Virus record (IMG/VR): IMGVR_UViG_3300021425_003044 | Span: 2,259 to 66,258 of that record | Strand: one strand, 5' to 3' | DNA from: a virus | Length of the DNA stretch: 64,000 nucleotides | In this document: positions 1 through 9,687 of the stretch, piece by piece | Numbering within the stretch: position 1 is the first letter of the stretch | Layout: the number at the start of each line of letters is the position of its first letter | Translations under genes and position numbers: made by a program | Notes under the pieces: generated by a model | What the model saw: the letters and a program-made list of their open reading frames with translations, nothing else | What the model was told of the DNA's origin: nothing | The model's database searches: none

Positions 1-44
1 CGCATCGTAACTGATTATACTAAGCAATTTAATCACATAAACAA

Positions 45-290
45 ATGACACAACTTACATCAACAGAATGGCGTCTTTTTCCTACTGTTACACGAACTGT
101 TCTAAAGTCCGGTAAAGTTATCTTTAGGCCACGCAATGAGCAGGCTAGGAACATGCTTTATAAGATTGATACAATCCGTGCTGGGTTTAGAGAAAATGAA
201 GTTAAGAACAAGAAAATGATTATCGTTGATGTAAACGACAATGTTATCAGCTATAGTCGCAAAGCAGAACAGTTCCATAAAGCACAATGA
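45..290 (+). CDS. hypothetical protein (81 aa)
   Basis: ORF whose stop overlaps the next start (ATGA); no recognisable motif. Confidence 0.55.
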   Translation: MTQLTSTEWRLFPTVTRTVLKSGKVIFRPRNEQARNMLYKIDTIRAGFRENEVKNKKMIIVDVNDNVISYSRKAEQFHKAQ

Positions 291-991
291 CTGTCTATAT
301 CGCAGCACCGTTTGGTAATTATATTAAAACTAAGAACACTAGGAGTGTTGTTGGTAGTTTTACCCTAGAGCGTAGAACAGGTTTACTACGCCAAATTGCT
401 ACTACGCTGAGGTATCGCGACGGTGCTTGGTATAATGCACTAGGACTTAGGAACCCTGGAATTGAATTTGGTTTAAAACATTATTATCGCAGCAAGAATG
501 ATATATTGTCGCTTGCTGCAATAAACGAAGGCGATTGGGAAAGACTAAGTGAAATTGTACCAGATAACATAGATTTAGAAATTAATTTAAGCTGTCCAAA
601 CATTGAACACTTTGACAACTATTCACAAGGTATTGACAATTTCCTTACAGGAAAACGTAAGGTCATTGTCAAACTCTCACCTCACGCTGAAGATGCGCTG
701 ATAGAAAATTTAATACAGAGAGGATTTAGCACTTTCCATGTTTGTAATACGCTACCTACAGAACATGGCGGAATGAGTGGTGAAAAGCTCGTGCCTTATG
801 TTGTAAGGCTTTGTACAGTAATTAAATTTTATTCCAGTGAAGCAGAAATAATTGCTGGCGGAGGAATTTCTCAAATTGAACACATACGTTATTACGAAAA
901 TTTTGGAGCAACCAGTTTCTCAGTAGGAACTCTTTGTTTCAATCCTGTACGATTTTATAAATTTTTAAAGGAAATAGATGGATTATACTAG
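287..991 (+). CDS. pyrD: dihydroorotate dehydrogenase, family 1-like (FMN TIM barrel)
   Basis: Motifs NALGLRNPG, EINLSCPN (catalytic Cys), VKLSP, GGMSG, IIAGGGI. Confidence 0.85.
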   Translation: MTVYIAAPFGNYIKTKNTRSVVGSFTLERRTGLLRQIATTLRYRDGAWYNALGLRNPGIEFGLKHYYRSKNDILSLAAINEGDWERLSEIVPDNIDLEINLSCPNIEHFDNYSQGIDNFLTGKRKVIVKLSPHAEDALIENLIQRGFSTFHVCNTLPTEHGGMSGEKLVPYVVRLCTVIKFYSSEAEIIAGGGISQIEHIRYYENFGATSFSVGTLCFNPVRFYKFLKEIDGLY

Positions 992-1910
992 CTCGGGTGT
1001 AAATGTTGCACTAGCAGACAAACTTTTAGATAATTTAAAGTCACATTCAGATCAGATAGGAAAATATGCAGCAGAATTTACACTGCCGATTGGAACGTCT
1101 ACTAGGCTTGTAAGCAGTTGTGACGGTGTTGGAACTAAAGTCCTGCTAGCACTTGAGGCTAAGAAACGTTTTGGTAGATCACTTTCAAGCATAGGAGAAG
1201 ATTGTGTTGCTATGGTCATTAATGATTTGCTATGTGAAAATGCAAATCCTCTTTTCTTTATGGATTATTTTGCGACAAGTTCACTTAACGAATCCGACTA
1301 CAATGAGGTCTTGGCTGGAATTATAGCGGCATGCGGTAGCATAGGAGTAAAATTGATTGGGGGAGAAACTGCTGAATTACCAGGCATGTTCCAAGAAGGC
1401 GCACTAGATGTATGTGGATTTGGTGTAGGTACGAAAGATTTTTTAGATTGGTATCCTGTAAAAGAAGGCGATGTTGTGATTGGTATTCACAGCACAGGAG
1501 TGCATAGTAACGGATTTAGCCTAGTAAGGAAAATATTAGAGCACAATCCTGTAGACGATGAATTTATGTCTAAACTACTCGTTCCTACTCCATTATACAA
1601 AAAAGAACTTGACATTTTGAGATCAAATTATTATTTTATTAAAGCAGCAGCCCATATTACAGGAGGGGGTTGGAGTAATATCGATAGGGTGCTGGACGCT
1701 AAATACGATATAGCGTGGGAAGTTACTGAGACAATTTTACACCAGCATGAAATATTCAGTTGGTTACAAACAAAAGGTAATCTTACAGATGAACAGATGC
1801 GAGATACTTTTAACTGTGGAATTGGAATGGTAGTAATACTTGAGAACAGGAATGTGGATAAACTTCCATTGTATAACTATACAAGATTGGGAACTGTAAA
1901 AACAAAATGA
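978..1910 (+). CDS. purM: phosphoribosylformylglycinamidine cyclo-ligase (AIR synthetase)
   Basis: Motifs DYxxSGVN, DGVGTK, GGETAELPG, HSNGFSLVRK, AHITGGG, TFNCGIGMV. Confidence 0.95.
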   Translation: MDYTSSGVNVALADKLLDNLKSHSDQIGKYAAEFTLPIGTSTRLVSSCDGVGTKVLLALEAKKRFGRSLSSIGEDCVAMVINDLLCENANPLFFMDYFATSSLNESDYNEVLAGIIAACGSIGVKLIGGETAELPGMFQEGALDVCGFGVGTKDFLDWYPVKEGDVVIGIHSTGVHSNGFSLVRKILEHNPVDDEFMSKLLVPTPLYKKELDILRSNYYFIKAAAHITGGGWSNIDRVLDAKYDIAWEVTETILHQHEIFSWLQTKGNLTDEQMRDTFNCGIGMVVILENRNVDKLPLYNYTRLGTVKTK

Positions 1911-2299
1911 GCACACTACCTGCAGCTCAAGATTTTACAGAGCTTGCACTTACAGCAGTAGATGTACAAAAAAACACTTCACTTGGTGCAATGCAGCATC
2001 ATGTTTCAGAACAAAAACAAAGGCTATTAGAACAGGCAAGACTACTCCAAGAACAATTACAAGAAATAGAACAACGAGAAATTTTAGCAGAAAAAATTTA
2101 TAAGGCAAATTACAATTTCACTCCTGTGCTACTTAAACCTTACAGTTTATATGAACAAGATAACGTTACTACATTGAGTATGATTGCTCCACACGAATGG
2201 ACAAATACAATTCCTTATGGTAAATTTGTCGGTTATGTTAGACAGCTAGGAGACGGAACATGGGAACCAACTGAGGAAGAACAATGTGGAGTTATCTAA
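1907..2299 (+). CDS. DUF2452-like protein
   Basis: Coiled coil followed by IYxAxYNFxP...YxLY...LSMIAPxEW...DGTWE, as recalled for DUF2452. Confidence 0.55.
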   Translation: MSTLPAAQDFTELALTAVDVQKNTSLGAMQHHVSEQKQRLLEQARLLQEQLQEIEQREILAEKIYKANYNFTPVLLKPYSLYEQDNVTTLSMIAPHEWTNTIPYGKFVGYVRQLGDGTWEPTEEEQCGVI

Positions 2300-2469
2300 T
2301 GGATATGTATTACTGGCAAATTAAACATAATGATAAAGTTGTTGGGGAAACACAACCTTTTACTATACATCAAATGGATGATACCTGGGTAAAAGAGGAG
2401 AGGGATTATATTATGGATAAAAACACAGAAAATGACCACAAGCCAACAATGGAATTGAAAAGGCTTTAA
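2284..2469 (+). CDS. hypothetical protein (61 aa)
   Basis: GAGG upstream; TAATG coupling to next ORF. Confidence 0.55.
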   Translation: MWSYLMDMYYWQIKHNDKVVGETQPFTIHQMDDTWVKEERDYIMDKNTENDHKPTMELKRL

Positions 2470-2693
2470 TGTGGCAAATACGTGAACTAAATGGGTTTGG
2501 AGAAACAATAGGAATAATTGATTTCGCCCACTTAAATAAAGTAAGTGGATTAGAAACCTATTGGAATACAAAAATAGAGAGGAAGGATTCCCGCTTGATT
2601 ATTTTTGATTACAGTGAAGCAAAACGTGTTTATGAAATTTTAAATGAAAAACACGAGTGGAGGATTTTCGAATTAGTTAATCTACTTTACTAG
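2469..2693 (+). CDS. hypothetical protein (74 aa)
   Basis: Translationally coupled ORF in a run of small phage genes. Confidence 0.55.
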   Translation: MWQIRELNGFGETIGIIDFAHLNKVSGLETYWNTKIERKDSRLIIFDYSEAKRVYEILNEKHEWRIFELVNLLY

Positions 2694-2701
2694 GAGATAA
2701 A

Positions 2702-2902
2702 ATGAAGAGGACACAAGCAAACAATGAGATTTACAAACAGGCAAAATGGTTGCGAGGAAAAGTGCCTTTAGACAGCAATGTGTATATACATTGGAAGGAC
2801 GACAATCCTACCGTACTAGCCGATAAACAGAGTGGATATGATCTAATAACAACTGTAAAACTAACTAGCATCTTGAGGAGACAGGTTTGGCTAACAGCGT
2901 AG
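2702..2902 (+). CDS. hypothetical protein (66 aa)
   Basis: Strong SD AGGAG upstream of ATG. Confidence 0.6.
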   Translation: MKRTQANNEIYKQAKWLRGKVPLDSNVYIHWKDDNPTVLADKQSGYDLITTVKLTSILRRQVWLTA

Positions 2903-3057
2903 TATTTGAAGACGATAGAGAAAAGGATCTATACCAAAAAATTGAGCAGGCACGGAATAGATACGACTGGGCAGCATATTATAAATTAATGGAAGAAATT
3001 TGCAAATATAACCTAGAAAAAAGAGGTTACAATATGATAGATATAGTGGTTGATTGA
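2887..3057 (+). CDS. hypothetical protein (56 aa, not in ORF track)
   Basis: TTG start preceded by GAGGAG; reads MANSVVFEDDREKDLYQKIEQARNRYDW...; fills the otherwise empty gap. Confidence 0.55.
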   Translation: MANSVVFEDDREKDLYQKIEQARNRYDWAAYYKLMEEICKYNLEKRGYNMIDIVVD

Positions 3058-3080
3058 TAAGAAATTTTTTGCTATAATAT
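3050..3080 (+). promoter_or_regulatory. putative sigma70-type early promoter
   Basis: TTGATT/TTGATA followed by TGCTATATAAT upstream of the 3112 ORF. Confidence 0.4.
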
Positions 3081-3111
3081 ATTTTTGTCAACACTATATC
3101 CGAGGTATTAT

Positions 3112-3486
3112 ATGCGGCGCAAATTACGACTTAAAGAAAACAAGTTGACCAAACTGCAGCACGAGCATAACAAGTATAACAAGGAGATGAGACAGATAGG
3201 TTGCCACAAGCAACAGAAGACATTCGACGAATATATTGCTTGGAAATATGGAAGATATCAGCCTAAGCTTTCTGGTATTACTCCGAAAGAGGAACCTGTG
3301 TATCGTAGACCTGAGCAGTATGTACCTAGTCGTAACAGTGGTGTTTTTAATCAGTGCAGCAAGGCCAATGACCGCACATATACCGGCGAGCTTATTACAG
3401 GACTTGCTACTATGCACAAGAGCAATGTTGTGCCAATCTTCAACAAAGATCAAGCACACGATCTAGCAACAATGAGGAGAGGGTAA
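3112..3486 (+). CDS. conserved phage hypothetical protein (basic)
   Basis: ATG 3112 with GAGG SD; C-terminal YTGxLITGxATMHKSNxVP motif recalled from T4-like aquatic phage hypotheticals. Confidence 0.65.
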   Translation: MRRKLRLKENKLTKLQHEHNKYNKEMRQIGCHKQQKTFDEYIAWKYGRYQPKLSGITPKEEPVYRRPEQYVPSRNSGVFNQCSKANDRTYTGELITGLATMHKSNVVPIFNKDQAHDLATMRRG

Positions 3487-3740
3487 TGAGACGTTTCCAG
3501 ATTGCAGGAGCGACTGATAGTGGTTTTGAATTTGATGCAGTTTACACTGAAAAGGATATTCTGCATAGTGATTGGGCAAAACGATGGTTAGTGTTAATGA
3601 CTGAAACAGAAAGGTTTAGAGAAATTAGCGATGCAAACTGTTTGAAAGAATGGTGCATTTTCCATTGGGCGCAGGAGTTATTAGACAATGGTGAGTTAGT
3701 TACTCCAGATTTTATTAAAGATGAATATAACAGGTACTAA
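3486..3740 (+). CDS. hypothetical protein (84 aa)
   Basis: Coupled TAATG start, GAGGAG upstream. Confidence 0.6.
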   Translation: MRRFQIAGATDSGFEFDAVYTEKDILHSDWAKRWLVLMTETERFREISDANCLKEWCIFHWAQELLDNGELVTPDFIKDEYNRY

Positions 3741-4081
3741 TGATTATCTACGTAGACATTGACGGAACAATATGCAATGAGCATCCTGACGAAAAAGGTA
3801 ATAAAGATTACACAAAAGCAGAACCTTATAAAGACAGGATAAGTTATTTAAACGAATTGTATGAAAAAGGACATACTATTACATACTGGACTGCTCGTGG
3901 TATTAAAAGCGGAAAAGATTGGTATGACTTTACGAAAAAACAGATTGAGGATTGGGGTTGTAAATACCACGATCTACAAGTAGGTAACAAGCCTCATTTT
4001 GACGTTTATATTTGTGATAAAAGTTTTAACAGTGAAGCTTGGTTTCATCATCAAAAATTACATACCGATATGCTTAAATGA
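3740..4081 (+). CDS. capless HAD-superfamily phosphatase
   Basis: Motif I YVDIDGTI, motif II WTARG, motif III/IV KPxxDxxICDK. Confidence 0.85.
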   Translation: MIIYVDIDGTICNEHPDEKGNKDYTKAEPYKDRISYLNELYEKGHTITYWTARGIKSGKDWYDFTKKQIEDWGCKYHDLQVGNKPHFDVYICDKSFNSEAWFHHQKLHTDMLK

Positions 4082-4452
4082 GTCTTGAGGATATTCCGGA
4101 AGAAATACTTGCCGAGCTTAGATATCAAGAAGAAACTAAGTTTAGGTATGCTTTATATAAGCGTCCAGAATTTCCTTTTTTACAATCTACAGGAATGAAA
4201 AATATCTTTCATAGTTGTATGGTAAAAGATTATGGTTTTATTGGGTGTTTACATTTAGAGTATATTATAAATAATGACACAGGACCTTATTGGAAATCTA
4301 GTTGGAAAACAGAAATTGATCAAGTAATTGCAATTGCAGAAGATATCCAAAATAAAAAAATTATAAACGAAGACCGTATTATAGATTATCATCTACACTA
4401 TATGGACATGGTATACGGTAGGAAACAAATTGGAATAGTGATGTTAAGTTAA
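4078..4452 (+). CDS. hypothetical protein (124 aa)
   Basis: ATGA-coupled ORF. Confidence 0.55.
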   Translation: MSLEDIPEEILAELRYQEETKFRYALYKRPEFPFLQSTGMKNIFHSCMVKDYGFIGCLHLEYIINNDTGPYWKSSWKTEIDQVIAIAEDIQNKKIINEDRIIDYHLHYMDMVYGRKQIGIVMLS

Positions 4453-4453
4453 T

Positions 4454-5167
4454 ATGCATATTATGTTAACAGGCCATAGAGGCTATATTGGATCCGAATT
4501 ACTTAAAAGGTTGCGGACAAATAACAGCATTGTAGGTTTTGATCTTGTTGACGGTCAAGATTTAGCCTCTATACAATTGAAAGAAAAATTTGATTTAATT
4601 ATACATCTAGCCGGTAGGAGCGGAGTCCGAGACAGCTTGTACAATCCTAATGACTATTGGTACAATAATTTAGAAGTTTTTAAAAGGTTATTAGATATCT
4701 ATGGTAACAACACAAGAATACTGTATGCAAGTTCAAGCTCTGCTGCAGAGCCAGAATTAAATCCATATGCTGCTAGTAAATTTTTAATGGAAATTGCTGC
4801 AGCAAAGTACATAAACACATTGGGTATGAGATTTCATACTGTTTATTCAGCCAATCCTCGCAAAGGTATGTTTATGCAAAAACTTATTGACAATGAGTTA
4901 GAGTATACCACAAACCATTATAGAGATTTCATACACTTAGAAGACGTATGTGATGCGATAGAATTGTTAATACAATCAAATTTTACTGATGTAATTGATA
5001 TAGGCACCGGTAATCCTGTTTTAATTTCTGAAATTGCTCCGACTTATCCAGTAAAAGTTGCTACGTATGGCGAACGACAAGAAACAAAGGCCAATACATC
5101 AAAAATGGAATCTATAGGATTTAAACCTAAATATGAGATAAAAAAATTCCTCAAAATTCTCTCTTGA
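4454..5167 (+). CDS. NAD-dependent nucleotide-sugar epimerase/dehydratase (extended SDR)
   Basis: TGHRGYIG Rossmann motif, IIHLAG, YASSSS, YAASK, RDFIHLEDV. Confidence 0.9.
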   Translation: MHIMLTGHRGYIGSELLKRLRTNNSIVGFDLVDGQDLASIQLKEKFDLIIHLAGRSGVRDSLYNPNDYWYNNLEVFKRLLDIYGNNTRILYASSSSAAEPELNPYAASKFLMEIAAAKYINTLGMRFHTVYSANPRKGMFMQKLIDNELEYTTNHYRDFIHLEDVCDAIELLIQSNFTDVIDIGTGNPVLISEIAPTYPVKVATYGERQETKANTSKMESIGFKPKYEIKKFLKILS

Positions 5168-5191
5168 CATTTTTTCCTATCCTGCTATAAT
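5164..5191 (+). promoter_or_regulatory. sigma70-type promoter
   Basis: TTGACA (5164-5169), 16 bp spacer, TGc-TATAAT (5186-5191); TAAGTA overlaps its 3' end. Confidence 0.75.
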
Positions 5192-5229
5192 AAGTATTAG
5201 TTGAAACACACAACCCCAAGGAGATAACT

Positions 5230-6534
5230 ATGGCTATTGCAAAAAAGAAGCGAAATGTAAGAAATGCTGGTATCGCAGCAAAATCTGCTGTAAGAAATAA
5301 AAATTTAGAGCCCATTTGGACAGGCTGGGAGCAGATGACAGGAGAACAATTTTTCAAGCACAAGCAATCTAGCATCCGTTACTATTACACAACTTTTAAA
5401 TTAGCCGATCTCCTTGCTAATGTGTACGGTTGGATGAAAGAAAACGATTACAGCAGAGAAGATATCCGTGCTGCAAAGGCTGCTAGCTCAGGTATTATCA
5501 CTGCTACTGCTGCAATCCACGCTCGTATGCTCGCAAATGGTATGCCAGATTTTAATCAAGAGGAGCAGAATTATTATGAGGAAATGCCCGGACTAGGAGA
5601 TACAGTTGCTCCGGTTACAGATTATATCAAAGACCGTGTAAAAATGGCAATCCAAAATGGCAAAATAAATCTTGCTTTGAAAAAAGAAGAGGAGCCCGAA
5701 GAAGAAATGCCTGCTGCAAAGCCTTTTGTTCCTACAATACAAGAACGCATTGCAGAACAAGCTGGTTCAATGAGTGAGGATATTGACGAGTGGTTAGAAA
5801 GCTTTATGGACAATAAGAAAACTTTTGATCCAAACGGATTTGATTTTAAGCGCCATTTCACTGCAAAAGGTGTAACACAAGCCCATGCTCGCAAGCTACG
5901 CAGGTTTTATGACGAACAATTAAATGATTTCCGTGAGCTAGAGCAAATGCCTACTGCAGGTAAATTAAAAAAGATGACCGAAGAAGAAATCGACCAGTGG
6001 GAACAACTTAAAGAAGCTTATAGTCATTTTTCTAAGAATGATATTAAAAAGTACACAAGTGCAATTGTAGGTGTAATTGAGGCACTAGATTTTGTAATCG
6101 AAGCTAGTAAAGCGCAACGCAAACCTCGCAAAGCAAAGCCTAAGAGTGCTACAAAATTAGTAGAAAAATTAAAGTATTGTGTAACAGACGACAAGTATCA
6201 AACTGCCAGTATTGCTCCAGAACTTATAATTGGTGCAGCAGAGCTTTGGGTCTTTAATACAAAAACCCGCAAACTAGGCAAATATGTTGCAGAAAATATT
6301 GATCCAACTGGACAGAGAGCAGACAGTGGTCTCAGTGTAAAAGGTGCTTCTATCATAGGATTTGATGCACATAAGAGTTTACAAAAGACTTTACGCAAGC
6401 CAGCTGAGCAACTGAAAGAGTTTAAAAAAGCAGGTAAGGTTGCCTTACGTAAATTTTTAGATGATATTACTACTACAGAAACTTTACTTAATGGTAGGTT
6501 AAATGATACAACCGTGTTACTCAAAGTAAATTGA
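5230..6534 (+). CDS. conserved phage hypothetical protein (434 aa)
   Basis: AAGGAG SD, own strong promoter, long ORF with basic C-terminal domain; function not recognised. Confidence 0.8.
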   Translation: MAIAKKKRNVRNAGIAAKSAVRNKNLEPIWTGWEQMTGEQFFKHKQSSIRYYYTTFKLADLLANVYGWMKENDYSREDIRAAKAASSGIITATAAIHARMLANGMPDFNQEEQNYYEEMPGLGDTVAPVTDYIKDRVKMAIQNGKINLALKKEEEPEEEMPAAKPFVPTIQERIAEQAGSMSEDIDEWLESFMDNKKTFDPNGFDFKRHFTAKGVTQAHARKLRRFYDEQLNDFRELEQMPTAGKLKKMTEEEIDQWEQLKEAYSHFSKNDIKKYTSAIVGVIEALDFVIEASKAQRKPRKAKPKSATKLVEKLKYCVTDDKYQTASIAPELIIGAAELWVFNTKTRKLGKYVAENIDPTGQRADSGLSVKGASIIGFDAHKSLQKTLRKPAEQLKEFKKAGKVALRKFLDDITTTETLLNGRLNDTTVLLKVN

Positions 6535-6540
6535 TAAATA
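6533..6540 (+). promoter_or_regulatory. T4-like late promoter element GATAAATA
   Basis: Overlaps upstream stop; 5 nt before ATG 6546. Confidence 0.65.
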
Positions 6541-6545
6541 TTTAC

Positions 6546-7673
6546 ATGGAAAATAAAATTAGAGAAAGTTTAGCATTGCTTGCTAATGCATTAGACGATG
6601 CACAAAGATCCAAACCTGACAAAATAGCAGACAGAGAACTTAGTGGAAATAAAATTCATGGAGGTTTAATAACCAAATTTGAATCACAAGGTATCCGAGA
6701 TAGTGCCGATAGGACAATATTAGAAGTTTCTAACAATGGAATCCGTGTACGGACAGCTGACATACGCGAGCTTACACATAATATTAAATTAGACGGGAAC
6801 CTTACTGCAAATGGAAAAATAATTGCTGAAGAGTTAGAAATCTATAGTTCTATTAGAGCTAAACATCTAAACGTAGAAAAATTAGAAGTTTCTGTAATTA
6901 AAGAGGATAGCAGAATACAAAGATCGGATAGCCTAATTTTCCAAGCAGATACAAAAAAATTAAGCGGAAAAGGATTATTGTGGTACGACGATAATACAAC
7001 TGCAAAACAGTTTATTTATAAAGCTCCGAATGATTTTTGGTCAAGCGAAAACATTGATTTACACCAAGATAAGGCTTATAAAATAAACGGAGTTCCTGTT
7101 ATTGAAAAAGATAGATTAGGATCATCCATAACTTTAAGCAAATTAACTACGTTAGGTAAAGTAAGAAACTTAGAAACATCCGGAAATCTTAGCGTCAATA
7201 ATTATATTTTTTACGACAGTGGCTCTAATAGATTAGGAATAGGAACAGACTCACCAAATAGTATATTCAGCATAATAGGTAATAGCAAAGAATTTGGTAT
7301 TGATTCTGATAACAATGGATTTAATATTGGGGTACATACTACCGATTCTTTATCTATTCTTACTGATGGAACGCCTAGAATAAAAATCGCAAATACGGGT
7401 CAAATAACTTTAGAGAAAAATGTCTTAGTCAATGGTACATTAGGTATAGGTATTAATAATTTTGATAAAAACATTGATTTAGCAACTGCAGGTCCTGTAA
7501 GTTTCCAAAATAAAAAGTTTGAGGTTGGGAAAAATATTCCTAGCCAAGGATTTTACAATAGAGGAGATATTGTTTGGAATGCACAACCTATTTCAAACAG
7601 TTATGTTGGTTGGATCTGTATCAAAGAAGGAGCACCTGGTCAATGGAAAGCGTTCGGACAGATACAAAATTAA
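6546..7673 (+). CDS. putative virion/fibre-like protein
   Basis: RLGIGTDSP and LGIG fibre-type beta repeats; C-terminal GDIVWNxxP...GWICxxxGxPGxWKxFG module; late promoter upstream. Confidence 0.6.
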   Translation: MENKIRESLALLANALDDAQRSKPDKIADRELSGNKIHGGLITKFESQGIRDSADRTILEVSNNGIRVRTADIRELTHNIKLDGNLTANGKIIAEELEIYSSIRAKHLNVEKLEVSVIKEDSRIQRSDSLIFQADTKKLSGKGLLWYDDNTTAKQFIYKAPNDFWSSENIDLHQDKAYKINGVPVIEKDRLGSSITLSKLTTLGKVRNLETSGNLSVNNYIFYDSGSNRLGIGTDSPNSIFSIIGNSKEFGIDSDNNGFNIGVHTTDSLSILTDGTPRIKIANTGQITLEKNVLVNGTLGIGINNFDKNIDLATAGPVSFQNKKFEVGKNIPSQGFYNRGDIVWNAQPISNSYVGWICIKEGAPGQWKAFGQIQN

Positions 7674-7948
7674 CACAAATTACTTTTTGGCAATGGATAG
7701 GCAGGATAGTGCCTATGATTTTGATTGTTGCTTTTGTATCCTTTTATATATATGGTGGTTCAGATCTAATTGGAAATACCATTGCAGGTATTTTAACTGC
7801 AATATCAATTATTCCTATTATTTGGTGGTGGTGGGCTATGGATATAATGAAGTGGCTTTCTAGGCTGTATGGCGAAACTATTGAACATCAAACAAAAATC
7901 CTCGAAGAAATTAAAGATATCAAAAAAGAACTTTACAAACCTGAATGA
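7643..7948 (+). CDS. small membrane protein (2 TM plus C-terminal coiled coil)
   Basis: Two hydrophobic stretches; probable start ATG 7643 after AAGGAG. Confidence 0.6.
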   Translation: MESVRTDTKLTQITFWQWIGRIVPMILIVAFVSFYIYGGSDLIGNTIAGILTAISIIPIIWWWWAMDIMKWLSRLYGETIEHQTKILEEIKDIKKELYKPE

Positions 7949-7960
7949 TATAAGTACAAT
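7932..7960 (+). promoter_or_regulatory. sigma70-type promoter upstream of queD
   Basis: TTTACA-17 bp-TACAAT, with TAAGTA overlapping the -10. Confidence 0.55.
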
Positions 7961-7978
7961 AAAATTTTAAAAGGTAAC

Positions 7979-8467
7979 ATGGCTAGATATTTTTCGACTA
8001 AAACATATGGCAATGATCGTGGCTTGAGTTGTTGCTTTAGACAGTGGCGAGCTACACATTCACATTGCAGTTTATTACACGGTTATTCAATTGGTGTCAA
8101 ATTAATTTTTGAATGTGAAGAGCTAGATGAACGCAATTGGGTAATGGATTTTGGAGGATTAAAGGAATTTAAAAATTGGTTAGAACATATGTTTGATCAT
8201 ACTGTGCTTGTAGCAGAAGATGATCCAAAGCTAGATTTGTTCAAACAATTAAATAGCATGGATGACGGATATAATGCAAAAGGTATTTGTGATCTTAGGA
8301 TTGTACCTGGAGTAGGCTGTGAAAAATTTGCAGAGCTTTGCTATAAGAAAATGGCAGAACTTTTAGAAGAAGACAAGAAAGCTACTCGAGCACTTAATCC
8401 TACAGTCCGACTAAAATCTGTAGAAGTATTTGAACACGGAGCTAATAGTGCAATTTACCAAGGCTAA
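7979..8467 (+). CDS. queD: 6-carboxy-5,6,7,8-tetrahydropterin synthase (QueD/PTPS family)
   Basis: HCSLLHGYS, WVMDFGGLK, FDHTVL, GCEKFA, VEVFEH T-fold motifs. Confidence 0.85.
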   Translation: MARYFSTKTYGNDRGLSCCFRQWRATHSHCSLLHGYSIGVKLIFECEELDERNWVMDFGGLKEFKNWLEHMFDHTVLVAEDDPKLDLFKQLNSMDDGYNAKGICDLRIVPGVGCEKFAELCYKKMAELLEEDKKATRALNPTVRLKSVEVFEHGANSAIYQG

Positions 8468-8472
8468 TATAA

Positions 8473-9687
8473 ATGATTAAAGATAAAATTAATGTTGTTG
8501 GGTCTGGCACTGCCGGATTAATGTTTGCTACCTACTTTAAAAAAATGATTCCTGATATTGAAGTGAATTTATATTTTGATAAAAATATAAAACCCTTACT
8601 AGTTGGTGAATCCTCACAACCTTACATATCAAAATATTTCGACACTATTTTTGATTCAGATGAAGAGTGGATGAACAGTTGCAATTCCACATACAAATTC
8701 TATGTTAAACATGATAATTGGAATCATGAAGGTCATTCATGGACCTTTCCGTTATGTGATGAAAGAAGTGATAATGTAAATTTTAACGACCTTTTCCTAA
8801 GTGAATGTGAATCTGAATTATTAAATTATACAAAAGATAATGTAGCACCAAGACAAAGGACGGCTTGGCACATGCAAAGTTCTAAACTTCAACCATTGCT
8901 TTTAGAAAAATGTGTTGAACTTGGAGTTAATATAATTTCTGAATCTTATAAATTTGATAAATTAAAAGACAATGAATATACAATAGATTGTAGAGGATTT
9001 CATGGTCAAGATTCCATAAAACAAGTTTCTCCCGCAATTATCAATGATTATGCTATAGCAGGACATATACCCTTTGATCAAGAAAGATATTATACACAAA
9101 CAATTGCTCATGAAGTTGGATGGAATTGGGAAATACCATTACAAAATCTATTAGGTGTTGGAAGAGTGTTTTCAACAAAATACTTATCAATAGATGAAGC
9201 TAAACACCAAATGAACAAATGGTATGGATTAACCGATTTTTATGAAGTTCCTTTTAAGTCTAGATACAATGATACTCCATGCACTCCAAATAGTTTAAAA
9301 ATCGGAAGTGCCGCGGTATTCATAGAACCACTTGAAAGTACAACTTTAATGTTAGTTACATTTATGGTAGAATCTTTTGTTGAATTATTAAAATCATTTG
9401 ATTATAATATAAATAGAGATTGTTGTTATTATTACAATCGTGGTTATAGAGAAATGGTAAATAGTCAAGTTTCGTATATTGAAGGATTTTATTGTATATC
9501 AGAAAGAAGAAATAGTGATTATTGGAAAGAAGTAACTTCTAATTATAATTGGTATATGAATAAATTAGAAAAAAATGGATGGCCGGAATATTATGGTAAA
9601 TATGGATTTCAAAAATTTTTTGGAGGATTCAATAAAGAAAAAGAATTTGAGCATATTAAATTAAGAATTCATAATGAGCACTGTTAA
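8473..9687 (+). CDS. flavin-dependent (tryptophan-halogenase family) enzyme
   Basis: GSGTAG FAD motif, VGESS, STYK (position of the catalytic Lys), IDCRGF, GWNWEIPLQ (WxWxIP), FIEPLES. Confidence 0.85.
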   Translation: MIKDKINVVGSGTAGLMFATYFKKMIPDIEVNLYFDKNIKPLLVGESSQPYISKYFDTIFDSDEEWMNSCNSTYKFYVKHDNWNHEGHSWTFPLCDERSDNVNFNDLFLSECESELLNYTKDNVAPRQRTAWHMQSSKLQPLLLEKCVELGVNIISESYKFDKLKDNEYTIDCRGFHGQDSIKQVSPAIINDYAIAGHIPFDQERYYTQTIAHEVGWNWEIPLQNLLGVGRVFSTKYLSIDEAKHQMNKWYGLTDFYEVPFKSRYNDTPCTPNSLKIGSAAVFIEPLESTTLMLVTFMVESFVELLKSFDYNINRDCCYYYNRGYREMVNSQVSYIEGFYCISERRNSDYWKEVTSNYNWYMNKLEKNGWPEYYGKYGFQKFFGGFNKEKEFEHIKLRIHNEHC

